A stretch of DNA of 64,000 bases from Entomortierella parvispora E1425 (taxonomy: Eukaryota > Fungi > Mortierellomycota). The notes below the pieces were generated by a model, which was given only the letters and a program-made list of their open reading frames with translations, did no database searches and had not been told where the DNA came from. The stretch covers positions 1,612,001 through 1,676,000 of the forward strand of contig BQFW01000011.1 of the NCBI GenBank assembly GCA_020891255.1. Direction: 5' to 3'. Of the stretch, positions 35,951-48,207 are shown one piece after another. The translations under genes were made by a program, and so were the position numbers. Every line of letters starts with the position of its first letter. Positions within the stretch are counted from its first letter, which is position 1.

Positions 35951-36925
35951 ATGGTGAGCCAACGGATCCGCAATCTGGAGCTGGGGCAGGACCCAGTCCA
36001 CAGGAATTGGCAGTGCATCATCTCAGAAAAGGACGCAGGACTTTGCCGACATGTTCAGCACAAGAGTCAAATTAGTCAAATCATGCTTGAGCAAGTGGAC
36101 TTATCCCTCCTCAGGATGGAGCTAATCCATACTCTGAACTGAATGAACACCAGGATCGCCCGTCGAAATCATACATGGATCTGCTGGCAGGAAATCTCTC
36201 CATGAACTTTCTTCTTTGGATCGAGCGCTGGAACAACGCGACCCTCCTCCAATAAGGCTCAAAATACACAACCCAAAGGGCTTCCCAAAGACACAACACT
36301 CGTTACTCACAACTTACCAATGGTATCATTTGACTATCCTCACTCTAGCTTTTCTACTCATTCTTCAAGACTCTTGTTGGCCAGCCCGTGACCGTGGAGC
36401 TCAAGAACGACTTGGCCATTACAGGAGTGTTGGTCTCTGTGGATCAGTTCTTGAACATCAAGCTGGATAACATCAAGGTCGTTGATGAAGAACGCTACCC
36501 TCACATGGTAAACAAGAACATGACATTACCACTGTTGTTTGGACGGGATCGATCAAATCAGGATCATGGAGACAGCTTTACTTGACTGGCAGAATGTTTG
36601 AAGGGACGCTGATTGATAGCTCATTGGAATATTACCTGGTCATTCAGAAGGAGGCGGCAATTCGGGCTACAACCAGGACACTTTGTCCATTTCGACTATG
36701 AGCTCGAGCATACAACCTCAATATCTGAATGCGCAAAGATATCAATGCGATCTCTGACATCCCTTGTATTACCGAACTGCTTTTTAATAGCTTGCAGTCA
36801 AGAACTGCTTTATTCGTGGATCGGTTGTTCGTTATGTTCAATTGCCCGCCCCATCAGTCGACACAGCATTGCTTCAGGACGCTGCTCGACGTGAAAGACA
36901 GCAGCCCGCAGCAGCCAGGAGATAG
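35951..36925 (+). CDS. LSM2: U6 snRNA-associated Sm-like protein LSm2, 3 exons (first coding exon is ATG only)
   Basis: ATG|gtgagc then LFYSFFKTLVGQPVTVELKNDLAITGVLVSVDQFLNIKL...RYPHM|LAVKNCFIRGSVVRYVQLP, nearly identical to LSm2 as I recall it. Confidence 0.96.
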
Positions 36926-37237
36926 GAAGGACCCTTATTGGTGCCTAATAAGCATGAATAAAACTGTACAAACACTACCATTACAAGGAACATCAGTCTG
37001 TTACTGAAGAGTTTTATTTATATGAAGATGGAAAAAAAGAGATGGGTGTTGAAAATTACAGAGGAAAAGGAAACACAAATGCAGATGGGAAAAAAAAACT
37101 GAATGCCGGGGTATTGTTCGCCTTTCTTTCGCTTTCTTCGATCCAGCCCTTTTTTTTTTCTTCCTTCTGTCCAACCGATCTGATTCTCCTGCTGAAGAGT
37201 GGGGGGTTTCACGATCGATCAAGGGTCAGAATCTTTC

Positions 37238-38569
37238 TTAGTTGGCAACGTTGGCGTTGCCCTCGAGCTCCGAGGCAACAGCCGAGACCTTGGACTTCAA
37301 GTTCTGGTAGGAGGCATCGATCTCAGACTTGTGCTGGACCAAGAAAGGGCGGAGGATACGGGAGTAGACGATGGCGGCACCCTATTGAGAAAGAACCATC
37401 AAGATCAAAAGGGGGTTTCATTAGCGATTATTGAGCAGTGATATCACTTTTGTATCGTCTCTCTGTCGGGGAAAACAAAAAAAAGTATCCACTCGAACGG
37501 GTGACCGAAAAAACAAGGAAAATCCACTTACGTTGAAGGTGGGGATCATCAACCACATCAAGAAGACGGTCTTGAGGAAGAAGTAGAAGGGGAACCAGTA
37601 CAACAAGACATCGGTGAAGGACTCGATGATGGAAACGAATCCGTAGACGGTCCTAAAGATCAAGGATGGGTCAGGTTAGTCCTTGCCTTTTTTTTTTTTT
37701 TTTTTTTTTTTTGGTCGTCTCCCTCGCTGTGGTTGGGTGGTCAAGGCGTTCGTTTTCAACACTGCCTCCTTCTTTGTTCCCCTTCCCCTGGGGTTTCATT
37801 CAAGGCATGCACATGATTCGGCCCAGATGTGGGCTTGAAAATTATTAGCCAAGATGACAATAATAGTGAATAAAGGTACTCACCAGTAGGTCAACCACTG
37901 CTTATCATCCTCCTTCTCGGGAGTCTCCAAAGCCTTGAAGGAACGGTAGGCGGGGTAGACGAATCCGAGGAGGTTAGAGAAGAGCTGTCCAGCAACGTTG
38001 AAGAAGATCATCAAGAAGACGAAAGATCCGGCACCGATGGCGACATAGGTCTTGGGGACACCAGTGGCAGCCTGGAACTGGTTGAACTGGGGGATCTTGC
38101 TCAACTCCTTGTCGAGCTGGGCGTTGTAGTAGCGGGCTAAAGGTGAACCATACAATCAGAAGGAGGTCAGTCGACGGCCAGATTCTTCTTTGTCTTCTTT
38201 TTTTTTTTTGCTCCCGTTGGGCTGTCTCTTGTGCTGACACATTTTGCTGTTTCCCAGGCTGGATGCTGCCCTTTCGGTTTTCCGCCTTGGCCTTTGGCTG
38301 TGTGAACTGGGCCGATATCGATCCATTTGTCATTGCGTCCTAACTCTGAGTGCCCAGACTGTGGGTTGTGCCGCACATCCGAGGAAGTATTGCGCGTGTC
38401 CTTGTCCCGTGTGGGTGAGCATGAGGGGGCGTGCTCGGTCAGGGCACAATCGCGCGCACATACACACACGCACACGATGATCACGATCTCGATCCGAGCG
38501 CGATTAAGTTGTGGCCCGCAAACTAACGAGAATGAGAATTAGGTTACCTTTGACTTGAATGGACTCCAT
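37238..38569 (-). CDS. YOP1: ER-shaping protein Yop1/DP1 (REEP, TB2_DP1_HVA22)
   Basis: LGFVYPAYRSFKALETPEKEDDKQWLTYW|TVYGFVSIIESFTDVLLYWFPFYFFLKTVFLMWL. Confidence 0.95.
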
Positions 38570-39811
38570 GGTTGAAATGGTTTTGGATGAGAGGGGGGAG
38601 GGGGGTAAAGTTGAATTTGAGTGAAAAAGAAGAAGAAAAGAAGAGAAGGGATGAGAGAGGAAAGATGGCGAGATAAAGACGACTCAACTCGACTCCCTGC
38701 CTGCGGGAAACTGGCCCCTCCGCCCTGCGCATACTGCGACTGGCTGGCTGAGTCCTTTTTTCTTTTCTTTTTTTTTTATCTTCACTGACATGTGGGCGCT
38801 CTTTCGTTCTTCCTTTTGATCCGTTTCGTCCATTGTTCAGTTGCTTGGCCAAGAACAACCACGTCTCTTCTCTTTCTCTCTTTCCTTCTTTCCTGTCCTT
38901 CATCCACGGCCGTCCAGGTCTCTACGTGGAAGCAAGTCGTTAGGCCAAGAGGCGAGGAAGGATAAGACAAGGGTAGCAAACCAGAGACCCAAGCGACACG
39001 GACAATGATCCGCTTTTTGTCTCTCACTCTCTTTCTCGATCAGATCTTTGCTCGCTTTTTTAGTTTCTGGTCCCAGGGGTGGGACTCCAAGCTCGTGTGC
39101 CTTTCCTCCCTTGTGTTGCGTGCACAAAAACTCCAAAGCCAACGCAAAATAGAGCGGAGTTATTCTTTGTATTCTGTTTCCATTCATTATTGTTTTTCTT
39201 TATTCACTACTGCTGTACCTTCTCCGCTTCTCGCACCTTCCCATCGTGTCAACTCGCTCCCGGAGTGAGCTGCTGCTGTAGCTCCATCTCATCATCCCAC
39301 ACCTTCTTGGACTGGAACGAAACTCTCTCCTCCTCATCCTGCTGTCGTGCAAGACCAACACTCCACTGCTGCCACCGGGAAAGTCTCCAGTGAGCAATTG
39401 AACGAAAAAAAAAGAGTTATTCACGCGTCCACCGCAGCCTTCTCCTCAATGGACCCGACTCTTTCTTATCATTCTCCAGCAGAGGCACAGTCCATCCCAG
39501 CTGTCCAACCTAGAAACCCAATTTTGTTCCTGCGACTGGAGTTGTCTCGAATTTTTATTTCATTTCTTTTGGCCATGATGATGGTCCCTAAGCCGCTGAT
39601 CACGTACAACACAAAGTGGCACGGATACGTAAGTTGTTGACAACCCTTTGCTACGCCTTCCGATGCAGGGTGTAGGTGCCCAATGCCACTCCACTCCACC
39701 TCACTCTTCTTCACTCTCCCCTCTTTCATCATACGGAATAGAAACCACACACCATTTTTCTTTTCTTTTTTTTTTTATTTACAATGAGGGATCCTCTCCA
39801 AAATGATCCTC

Positions 39812-40528
39812 TTAGTGCTTGTGTGCAGCCTGGATAGCAGTATGAACAGCCTCTCCGAATCCGGGAGCAGAGGAAGGGCCCTGGCCCGTGATCACTCGGC
39901 CGTCTGTGACGACCTTGGCGCCCCAGGGTTGATCGGCCTTGTGGTAGATGGCGCCAATCTGCTTGAGCTTTGTCTCCAACATCGAGGGCATGTACTTTGA
40001 CTTGCCAACCATATCCTCCTCCACGTTCGAGAATCCAGTCACGTTCTTGCCCTTGAGCAACAAGGTGCCATCCTTCAACTTGACTTCGGTCAAACCAATG
40101 GGTCCGTGACAGACAGCACCCACGACCTTACCTGCCTCATAAGCATTGGCGGTGACCTTGGCGGCGGCCGCGTTGTGCTCGAGATCAAACATGGGTCCAT
40201 GTCCGCCAGGGAAGAGAACGGCCTCGAATTGAGATTCCTTGCCGACAAACTCTTCAATCTTGTGGGTATGATCCAGCTTCTTTTGGATCTCGGCATCAGC
40301 CAAGAACGTGGTCACGACCTTGTTGTCCTTGGCGGCCACGACCGAACCGGGGTCCAAAGGGGCCTTGCCTCCCTTGGGCGAGGCATAGACGATCTCGTAA
40401 CCGTGATGGGTGAGAATGGTAGCGGGCTCAGCAACCTCCTCGGCGTACCAACCGGTCTTTTCACCAGAGCTACCCAACTGGTCGTGAGATGTAACGATAA
40501 AGAGGATCTTCTTGTGTGCAGTAGCCAT
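39812..40528 (-). CDS. DJ-1/PfpI family glyoxalase III / Hsp31-like protein, intronless
   Basis: KILFIVTSHDQLG...TGWYAEEVAEP, GGKAPLDPGS, PGGHGPMFDL, nucleophile elbow GAVCHGP and VITGQGPSS. Confidence 0.92.
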   Translation of the reverse strand: MATAHKKILFIVTSHDQLGSSGEKTGWYAEEVAEPATILTHHGYEIVYASPKGGKAPLDPGSVVAAKDNKVVTTFLADAEIQKKLDHTHKIEEFVGKESQFEAVLFPGGHGPMFDLEHNAAAAKVTANAYEAGKVVGAVCHGPIGLTEVKLKDGTLLLKGKNVTGFSNVEEDMVGKSKYMPSMLETKLKQIGAIYHKADQPWGAKVVTDGRVITGQGPSSAPGFGEAVHTAIQAAHKH

Positions 40529-41532
40529 GATGGAGGAAGTGTAAAGAAAAAAAAAAGGTGTGTGTGAAGAGAGTGGTGCAGACAAGAGAGCGAGCGTGAG
40601 AAGGTTGAGTGATGTCAGAATTTTGAGAGGAAAGCTGATGTGGGAATTCGTCTGGCTTTTTATACAAAAACGCGTTTTGTTGAGCTTGGACGTGCTTTTG
40701 ATTCGATGTCACCTTTGCTGTGTGTTGTTGGATGCATGATTTGCGTCTCTGTGAGGGGACAGCGAAGGGGCCATGTTGCTGAATAATGACGCGCTGGTTG
40801 GCTGCCAACAGGACTGGAACAAAAGAGCGACACTTTTTTTTTTCACCAATTTCGCAGTCTCCTTGTTATCCAAAGCGCGGTAGCCAAAGCTCCGGAGGAA
40901 GCAATTGGAAGCTTTCTGTTGCTTTCTTAGTAGCTAGCTGTTCCCACGGGGGCCGAGGAGGTGGATACTAAGGGAGGCAGGTAACTGACATTTGTCATCA
41001 TACTCAATAAATGGCACAGCTGGGTATCCTTGATCACTGAGAGGAAGGGGAGGAGAAAAAGAAAGGGGGTCCAGTCGGATTTCACAGCGTTTCCCGATCA
41101 GATCGGTCAGTTCTCGCGGCAAACAACGTCAAAATGTTGATTTCTAATGAGGTTATGGTTTGGTCTTTCGATCGGTTTCTTCTTGTGCACAGATCGCGGA
41201 TGTTTGACGGCGAGGATCTTATCCGTCCCGCGATCATTCTAGTGCCCACGTTGTGTGGGAGAACTTCCGGAAAGCATTTATCCAAGGGTGTCCAGATTGG
41301 TGGCAATCAAACGATGCTTTCACTTTCTTGATGTCTGTCCACATGGTTCCTGTTGTTCGTGTCACCACTGGCTCAATTCTGCATCGTCCGTCTCTGCAGC
41401 CCTCCTTCTCGATGGTGCACAACGCACCCTCTTTCATTCGTTCTTTTTTTTTTTTGTCTAGATTTTTTTATTATTGTCACTGCTGGAGTCTACGAGGCAG
41501 CAATGACTTCTTCCACGCTGGGATACAAACTA

Positions 41533-42657
41533 CTAATCCAGGCGAGTGAAACTCCTGCCTCCGCGAGGCTTATCGTTCAACTTTGGGTTGGCCTTGGTCA
41601 ATTGCTCCTTCCCCATCTTTGCAAAGTCAAAGTCGCAATCGTGCTTGGCCGTTGCCTTGTGGGTGTCACAAAAGACGTAATCGCAGCGGCACTTGTTGAT
41701 GGCCTGCTTCGCCAAAGGAATCTTGGCCCTGCACATAAAACACCGCCCCTTGTTCACCTGCACAGCCCGCTCACCAGGAGCAGGGGCGTCGGGTGTTGTA
41801 TCCATCGCTGCAGTCGATGACGCAGTCGGTGAGGGCACATTATGTTGTTGTTGTTGTTGTGATGGCTCCTGCTTTTGCTCGACTGCTACTGGTGCTGGCA
41901 CGACTGCTGGTACAGGCGCTGATGGTTGCTCCACAGCCAGGGGTGCTTGTACGAGGGGCGAAGAGGAAGTGGACGAAGATGGGGGTGTATCTGCTGCGGG
42001 AGCCAAGTGGGTGATGGGCAAATCTGGAAGGTTCTGCTTCTGCTGTGGCGCAGTCAAGGCGGTGCCTGTGCTGTCGGTTTGGATGGGCTTCTGGCCTCCG
42101 ACCTCCCTGAAGCACTTTGAGCACATGTTGTTATTAATCGGGTTTCTGTGGAGACATGAAATAAAAATTATTAATATGTTTGAGTAAAGACAGACAGGAC
42201 CTTATTTGTCACTGGTCACCAGACTGGAATCGTATCACGAGGTGAAAGAGAAGGACAAAGAACAAAAAAAAGGCAGCTTTGCACCACCACCAGCACAGAT
42301 GGTGGCCATAGCAACGGACGGGTGAAGCACCGGTCCAACAGTAAACTGTGGTCGCAACAGGAACTGGGCCTGGCTTGCGAGGGCCTCGACCACTACTGTT
42401 ACAGTGGCCACTCTCGGAGGGGTTGACTCAGCAGCTGAAACAATACGGGCTGCCACGTAAGCGCAAGGTTGCATTCGAAACAATGCACTCTTGAGAATGT
42501 CCCCATGAGGAAATAAAACACAAGAAGAGCAAGCACAGAGTGACCAAAGGAGAAGGGGGAAAAGGAAAGAAAAGAGAGACAGACATTGTTCTTACCCGTA
42601 GTATCCGCAGCCATTGGCGCAAGAGATGGGAACGTTCTGAGCGTTGTTGTCTTCCAT
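41533..42657 (-). CDS. A20/AN1 zinc-finger protein (ZFAND5/6, SAP-like), 2 exons
   Basis: N-terminal CANGCGY|GNP..NMCSKCFRE and C-terminal RCFMCRAK...CRCDYVFCDTH...HDCDFDF. Confidence 0.9.
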
Positions 42658-43073
42658 GTTGGTTATAGAGGGAGGTGGTATTTGAGGAAGAAAGGAGTGG
42701 TGCGGTGGGGTTGCAGGTATAGGGTGAAGGAAGAGTACGAGTGAGTGAGTGAGTGAGAGTACGCTTGTGCGAAAGAGGGGGAAGGGGAAGAAAGAGTCGA
42801 TGAGGAATGAAGAGAAGAATGAATGAAAGAATGAAAGAACTTGGCTCTATATCTGGACTGGAAAAGGGAAAAGGGCGGAGAGCGCTGAGTGGCGGACACC
42901 ACGGCAGAACAGGAGGGAACCACTCACCCGACCGAATGACGCACTTTGATCACTTGGATTTGGCATTTTGTCTGTCTCTCTCTCTCTCTCATTTTTGCAT
43001 TGCGTTGTTTGGTTTGCTCATTGTCACTCACTCATTTGTTTCTTTGTTTTCGCCTCTTTGCTCTCTGTCTGCA

Positions 43074-43077
<4 letters not shown>

Positions 43078-43108
<31 letters not shown>
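43078..43108. repeat. 31-nt poly(T/A) homopolymer in the NDUFA9-ZFAND intergenic region
   Basis: Counted directly. Confidence 0.9.
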
Positions 43109-43109
<1 letters not shown>

Positions 43110-43516
43110 GGATGCTGTGTCGATCTCACTCACTCGCCCACCCACCCCTCTCCTTCCCTCTTCACCCCTCTCTCTCATTTTGTGCATCATCTCCCCATCA
43201 TCATCATCCTCAGGGCAATACCCTCCGTCTCTGTTGCTCTTCACACGTCTTTGAAATCAAGAACCAGGAACACACCCTCATCAATCACTGCCTAACTCTT
43301 TGATCGATTTTTTTGGATTGATCGTCCCTTTTTTGAGGGAGCCTATTTTATTTGTCTAAATTTGTCTCATTCGTTGGATGGGTGGTATGAGGAGGGAGGG
43401 CGGATGGGCACACGTCGTGTGGTTGGTGGGTTTGACCCATGTGTGTACTTATCATTTGAATGTGGGTCTTTGTTTGGTTGGTGTTCTGGACAAGGTGTTG
43501 GATCACATCTGCGGAT

Positions 43517-45733
43517 TTACAGGTAGCTGGTGTGAATGACCTTCTTCTTGCCAACAACTCCCTTCTTAAGAGGCTCATCGTTGTACAAGTTGGTACGGAA
43601 GCGACGCAAGTACTGAATACCGGTCACCTCAAGGGTAGAGGGCTCAATACCAAGATCAGCAAAGGTCTTGGCTCCAGGGGTCAGCTTGTCATCAATCATC
43701 ATCTGTCAACGGAGAAGAACAATACAGGCATTGTTAGTCATGTGTAAATCTCATGATAGCTTCACAATTACACTTCTTGAGCACGTACACGCTCAATCTC
43801 ATCAGCACCGAGAGTTTGCCATGGGAGCAAGTTCATGGCCTTGGCCATCAAGGTGGCGATGGGCTTGGGAATGTTGATATCACCGATATCCAAGTTGGTG
43901 GTCTCCTTGATGAAGTCCAAGAGCTCGGCATAGGTGTAGGTCTTGTCACTATGTCACACAAACAAACGGATGATTGGAATGTTGAGCAAGCCAAAATTCG
44001 AAACGGACTACTACCATGAAGTGGCCACACCCGTTATCTTACCCAACGAGCTCAAAAGTCTCTCCGACAGTGTTAGTGCCATCGAGCATCTGATGCATAG
44101 CAGTAGCAACATCAGAGACATTGACAGGGCGAACCTTGGTCTGACCGCCGTTAATACGGACAGAGAGACCGCGAGACACTATCACGATGTAAGCAAACAA
44201 AAGAATTATCAGTATACAAATCTATGCACCCCGGAGACTGGTCACTGCAGTAATGTAGACAGGCAGCTTACTGGCGAGACGGGCAAGGAAGCGATCCTCC
44301 TGACCGTACATGGCAGAGGGGCGAACAATGGTGGCGCTGGGGAAGATGCTCTTGACAAGGTTCTCACCCTCAGCCTATGGCGAAAAAAAAAGGGTTGCGA
44401 GTAGCTTGTTAGAATAAACAAAGTCTGGTAACCACCATGCTCAGTTCGGTATTTACCTTGGTGCTCAAGAATCTTGAGCGAGAGTCGATATCGGCGTTCA
44501 TGGCAGACATCTGGATGAAGCGGTCAACATCGTGCTTCTGGGCGAGCTCAGCGAGAACACCAGCAGCCTCGACGTGGATATCGTTGAACGAGAAGTTTCT
44601 AAAATACAGGATCAAAGGGTCCTGTTAGATTATGTAATTCCTGCTCCAAGATGCAGTATTGCTGTCCTGTAACGCCGTTGCTCGATTTGTACCTGGTCTC
44701 GTAGTCACGTCCAAGCAAGTTGTAGACGGTATCAGAGTGACGAACGGCAGCCTCCAAGGAGTCCTTGTTACGGAGGTGAATTTCCATAGGGACAATCTTT
44801 CCGAGATCGCCCATGACCTTCAAGTGGCGCATGTCATCCTCGTCACGGTAGGGGACAATGACATGAGCACCCTCGCGAGCTAAGTTAGAACAACGAGATA
44901 TCCCGTTAGATGACCATACTCCTCCCTGTCATAACCAATGCCCATGACGATCCTGATGTCCATATTTTTCCTACCAAGGCGGTTGACAAGGTAACGTCCG
45001 AGAAATCCGGTGCATCCAAAGACAGTGATAACATGTCCGTTGGAAGAAGAGCTATTCAAGGGTGCAATTGAGAAGGTTAGATACAGCAATTGCTTTCCTC
45101 AGACATCCCTTCAGCTGGGATCATCGCGGAATGCTTACCGTCCACCGGCACCGGTCTTGATGATGGTGCGTCCAGTCTTGGGCGAGACAATCAAGTCATG
45201 AGAGAAACGCTAAAAAAATAAAAACACATTCTTTCAGTGAGTAACGGGTTCCATGACCATGATATCGATTACGGCTGAAGGTTGCGGATCACTGCTTCCT
45301 ACCTTCTGGACAAGACCAGCAACGGTCTGCTTGGACTCTGAAAGGAGAAAACAGAAATCAGTCTGTTAGTACTGAAGGTACATTCAAGACAGAATGAGTA
45401 GTGTTTCCTTGAGGTTGTTATAAAGGTCGCGCTCAGCTAGTCGTCAGAGTTGTGTTCGGAAATGATTGGTTTCTGGATCGCGAAAAGGACAGTTCCAGTA
45501 AATCGAAGCGAGTCTAGAGAATTCAATTGATCCAGGAAGACTGCGATGCCGAATGCGGGTTGTTGCAAGCTACTGTAGGTACACCCAGTCTCCAGTCCAG
45601 CAAAATCCGAAGAATTCGTTCGCGATGATCGTGCCGTTCCTGTGCCCGGAGATTTTGTCCGGTAGGGGTTGAAGGACAGGTACGGCAGTGTTGGGGATAA
45701 ATTACGTTTGGCAAGGTTGATTCCCGCAAGCAT
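43517..45733 (-). CDS. NDUFA9: NADH:ubiquinone oxidoreductase 39/40-kDa subunit (NDUFA9), many exons
   Basis: GGR|SS..GHVITVFGCTGFLGRYLVNRL, MRHLKVMGDLGKIV, VYNLLGRDYETR|NFSFNDIHVE and FADLGIEP. First exon MLAGINLAK starts at 45733. Confidence 0.93.
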
Positions 45734-46060
45734 GGTGATGAATCCAGGGAGGGGAGGGATGAAGCGAAGAGGATGGAGTGGAGAGAGACAAACAGAGGAT
45801 GCGATGTGATGAACTCCTCCGGACATCATCCTTTTCGATCACTGTCTCCGGCAGGCCGACTTCCTGGCCGGAAGTGTGACGTCACTTTAATGTTCGTCGG
45901 AAATAAGGAAAGTAAGCGAAAATTAACTCGGCCAGGAAATAACGCCTTCAGACCGCGTCTCCACCGTCTCACTCCCTGCGCATTGTCTGTCTGCATTCTC
46001 TTTCTTTGGTCTGTCTTCAAATCAATCCCATCTCGAACTTCACTCCTTCAAATCAGAATC
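45734..46060. promoter_or_regulatory. 327-bp head-to-head promoter shared by NDUFA9 and the FET gene, with a palindromic CRE-type site
   Basis: Divergent ATGs at 45733 and 46061. GTGACGTCAC at 45876-45885 directly follows the near-palindrome ACTTCCTGGCCGGAAGT (45859-45875). Confidence 0.6.
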
Positions 46061-48207
46061 ATGGCCGACAGACACGATTCCGCACCCGCCTCCGGTGCTG
46101 GTGCCGGTGGCTCTTCAGAGGATGCTAATGCGGCTGCCATGGCCCTGTATGAGCAGCAATGTGCACAATGTATGTAAATCAGACAATGTCAATAGGAGCT
46201 GTATTTACCTTCTTGAAACCCCTGAAAAACATATTTCGCATGGCCGAGGATATGCAAGGATACAAAAAGAGCATGCCGATATTCTGCCCATCGGTTAAAG
46301 CTGCCGCTGAACAAAGCCCACCTTACAGATATCGTAACGAACCATATTCTTACGTTTTTGCTTTGTTTTTTTTTTTTATCAATCTTCAGACGCCGAAGCT
46401 CAAGCAGCCTATGATGCCTATTACGGTGCTGGAGCTTCCGCTGCCTATGCTGCTGCCGCTGCTTCTGGAAACTTACCTGCAGGTGATTCAGGTGCACCTC
46501 CAAGCTCTTCTGCGGCCTATGCAGCATCATCAGGAGCTGGATATGGTGACCATGATCAGAGCCATTCCTCGAGCGATCGTAGTAGACAGGACCCCTACTC
46601 GGCACCATCTGGACGGGGGGCTGACTCATACGGATCAGGTGGAGCCCCTCGTGATGGGGGAAGCAGTCATTATTCCTCGTCGGATCGCGAAGGACCTCGC
46701 GATGGCGGACGCGATGGTGGGCGCGATGGCGGACGAGATTCTTCTCGCGGCGGCTATGGTGATGACCGAAGCGAGAGACCTTCCTATGGGGGCGATAGAC
46801 CATCGTATGGAGGTGACAGACCATCGTACGGAAGCGACAGACCCTCGTACGGAGGGGACCGCCACGGCTCTTCATCGTCTTATGGAGGACAGTCGCAGAG
46901 TATGACACTCTTTTGTGGATTTGACTGATTGACTTTGTGTATATCCACTGCTGAATTCTTACCTCATCGCTTGCTTTGTATTAGGTCATGATGATGGTGG
47001 CATGCAAAAGAGCTCAGATACCGTTTACATTAGTGGACTTGGAACTGACTCTACCGAGAAAGAGTTGACCGAAAACCTGGAAAAACTCTTTGCGTCCATT
47101 GGAAGAATCAAGATGGATAAGCGAACAGGAACTGCTAAAAGTACGGCCATTGTGCGCTGGGAGGATTTTCAGCTCAATTCGTCAAAGACTTACCATGATC
47201 AATCTGCTTCTAGTTCGTATTTATGTTGAGAGCGCCACGGGAGTACCAAAAGGAGATGGTATGTTCTTTGCGAGCTGGTTAGCCAATGACTCAGTAGTGA
47301 CATTGAATAATCGAGACACTAAACCCCATTCATTGATCCACAAACTAGCCACTATTACGTACGAAGATCCCTACACGACAGATGCTGCCATCAAATGGTT
47401 TGATGGAAAGGACTTTCACGGTCATGTAAGATCAATCTCATTGCTTCGTGCGAACCTTGCGCATTTATATTGATAGGAAATCACTAACTTGTTTTTGCAT
47501 ACTTTCCAGACCATTAAAGTAGAAATGTCTGAACAGAAGGTGTGGACCCCTGCATTTGGAGGGGGCCGTGGTCGTGGACGTGGACGTGGAGGATTCGGCG
47601 GTAGCGACCGTGGAGGCTTTAGCGGTGGACGAGGAGGAGGCCGTGGAGGCTTTAGCGGAGGTTTCGCCGGTGGTGCCGGAGGACCTCCTCCTCGTGAGGG
47701 AGATTGGATTTGTGACAGGTACTGTCTATCTCTAGACTTGCTACCACCCATCGAGATTGAACGTGGCAACTGACTTTGTTTGCTTGATCCACAATTTTCT
47801 CTAGTTGTCAAAAGAATAACTTTGCTAGCAGACAAGAGTGTTTCAAGTGCCAAGCCCCCAGACCAGCAGGCGCTGGTGGCGGTTCTGGCGGTGCCCCTCG
47901 CTATGGCGGCGGTGGAGACCGCGGAAGCTCTCGCCCAAGCTACGGCGGCGACAGCAGAGGCGATCGAGGAGGCTATGGAGATCGTGGTGGAGACCGCGGC
48001 GGCTATGGAGGAAGCAGTGACAGAGGTAGCTATGGCGGCGATCGTGGAGGCGATCGTGGCAGTTCAGGAGGTTATGGTGATCGCTCTGACCGCGGCGGTG
48101 GAAGCCGCGGTGGTCGAGGTGGCCGAGACGAAGGAGGTCGCGGATCATACGGAGGCGGCGGTGGAGACCGTGATGATCGTCGTTATGAGCGTCCCAGACC
48201 GTACTAG
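46061..48207 (+). CDS. FET-family (FUS/EWS/TAF15-like) RNA-binding protein: Y/S/G-rich low-complexity region, RRM, RGG, RanBP2 zinc finger, RGG
   Basis: DTVYISGLG...[20 protein letters not shown]|[22 protein letters not shown] boxes, REGDWICD|[21 protein letters not shown] and C-terminal ...[10 protein letters not shown] (PY-NLS-like). Confidence 0.9.
46776..46859 (+). repeat. Four imperfect 21-nt coding tandem repeats (RPSYGGD)
   Basis: AGACCTTCCTATGGGGGCGAT / AGACCATCGTATGGAGGTGAC / AGACCATCGTACGGAAGCGAC / AGACCCTCGTACGGAGGGGAC read directly from the sequence. Confidence 0.9.

Noticed and set aside
36274-36284. AAAGGGCTTC match to the U11 snRNA 5' end in LSM2 intron 1
   Set aside because: A 10-nt match only; the following sequence and Sm site do not fit.
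39575-39650. Box C/D snoRNA (ATGATGA ... CTGA)
   Set aside because: The boxes are only 14 nt apart, there is no terminal D box or stem, and I found no convincing rRNA complement of 10 nt or more.
41026-41034. U12-type donor GTATCCTTG
   Set aside because: Intergenic, with no downstream TCCTTAAC branch site and no flanking exons.
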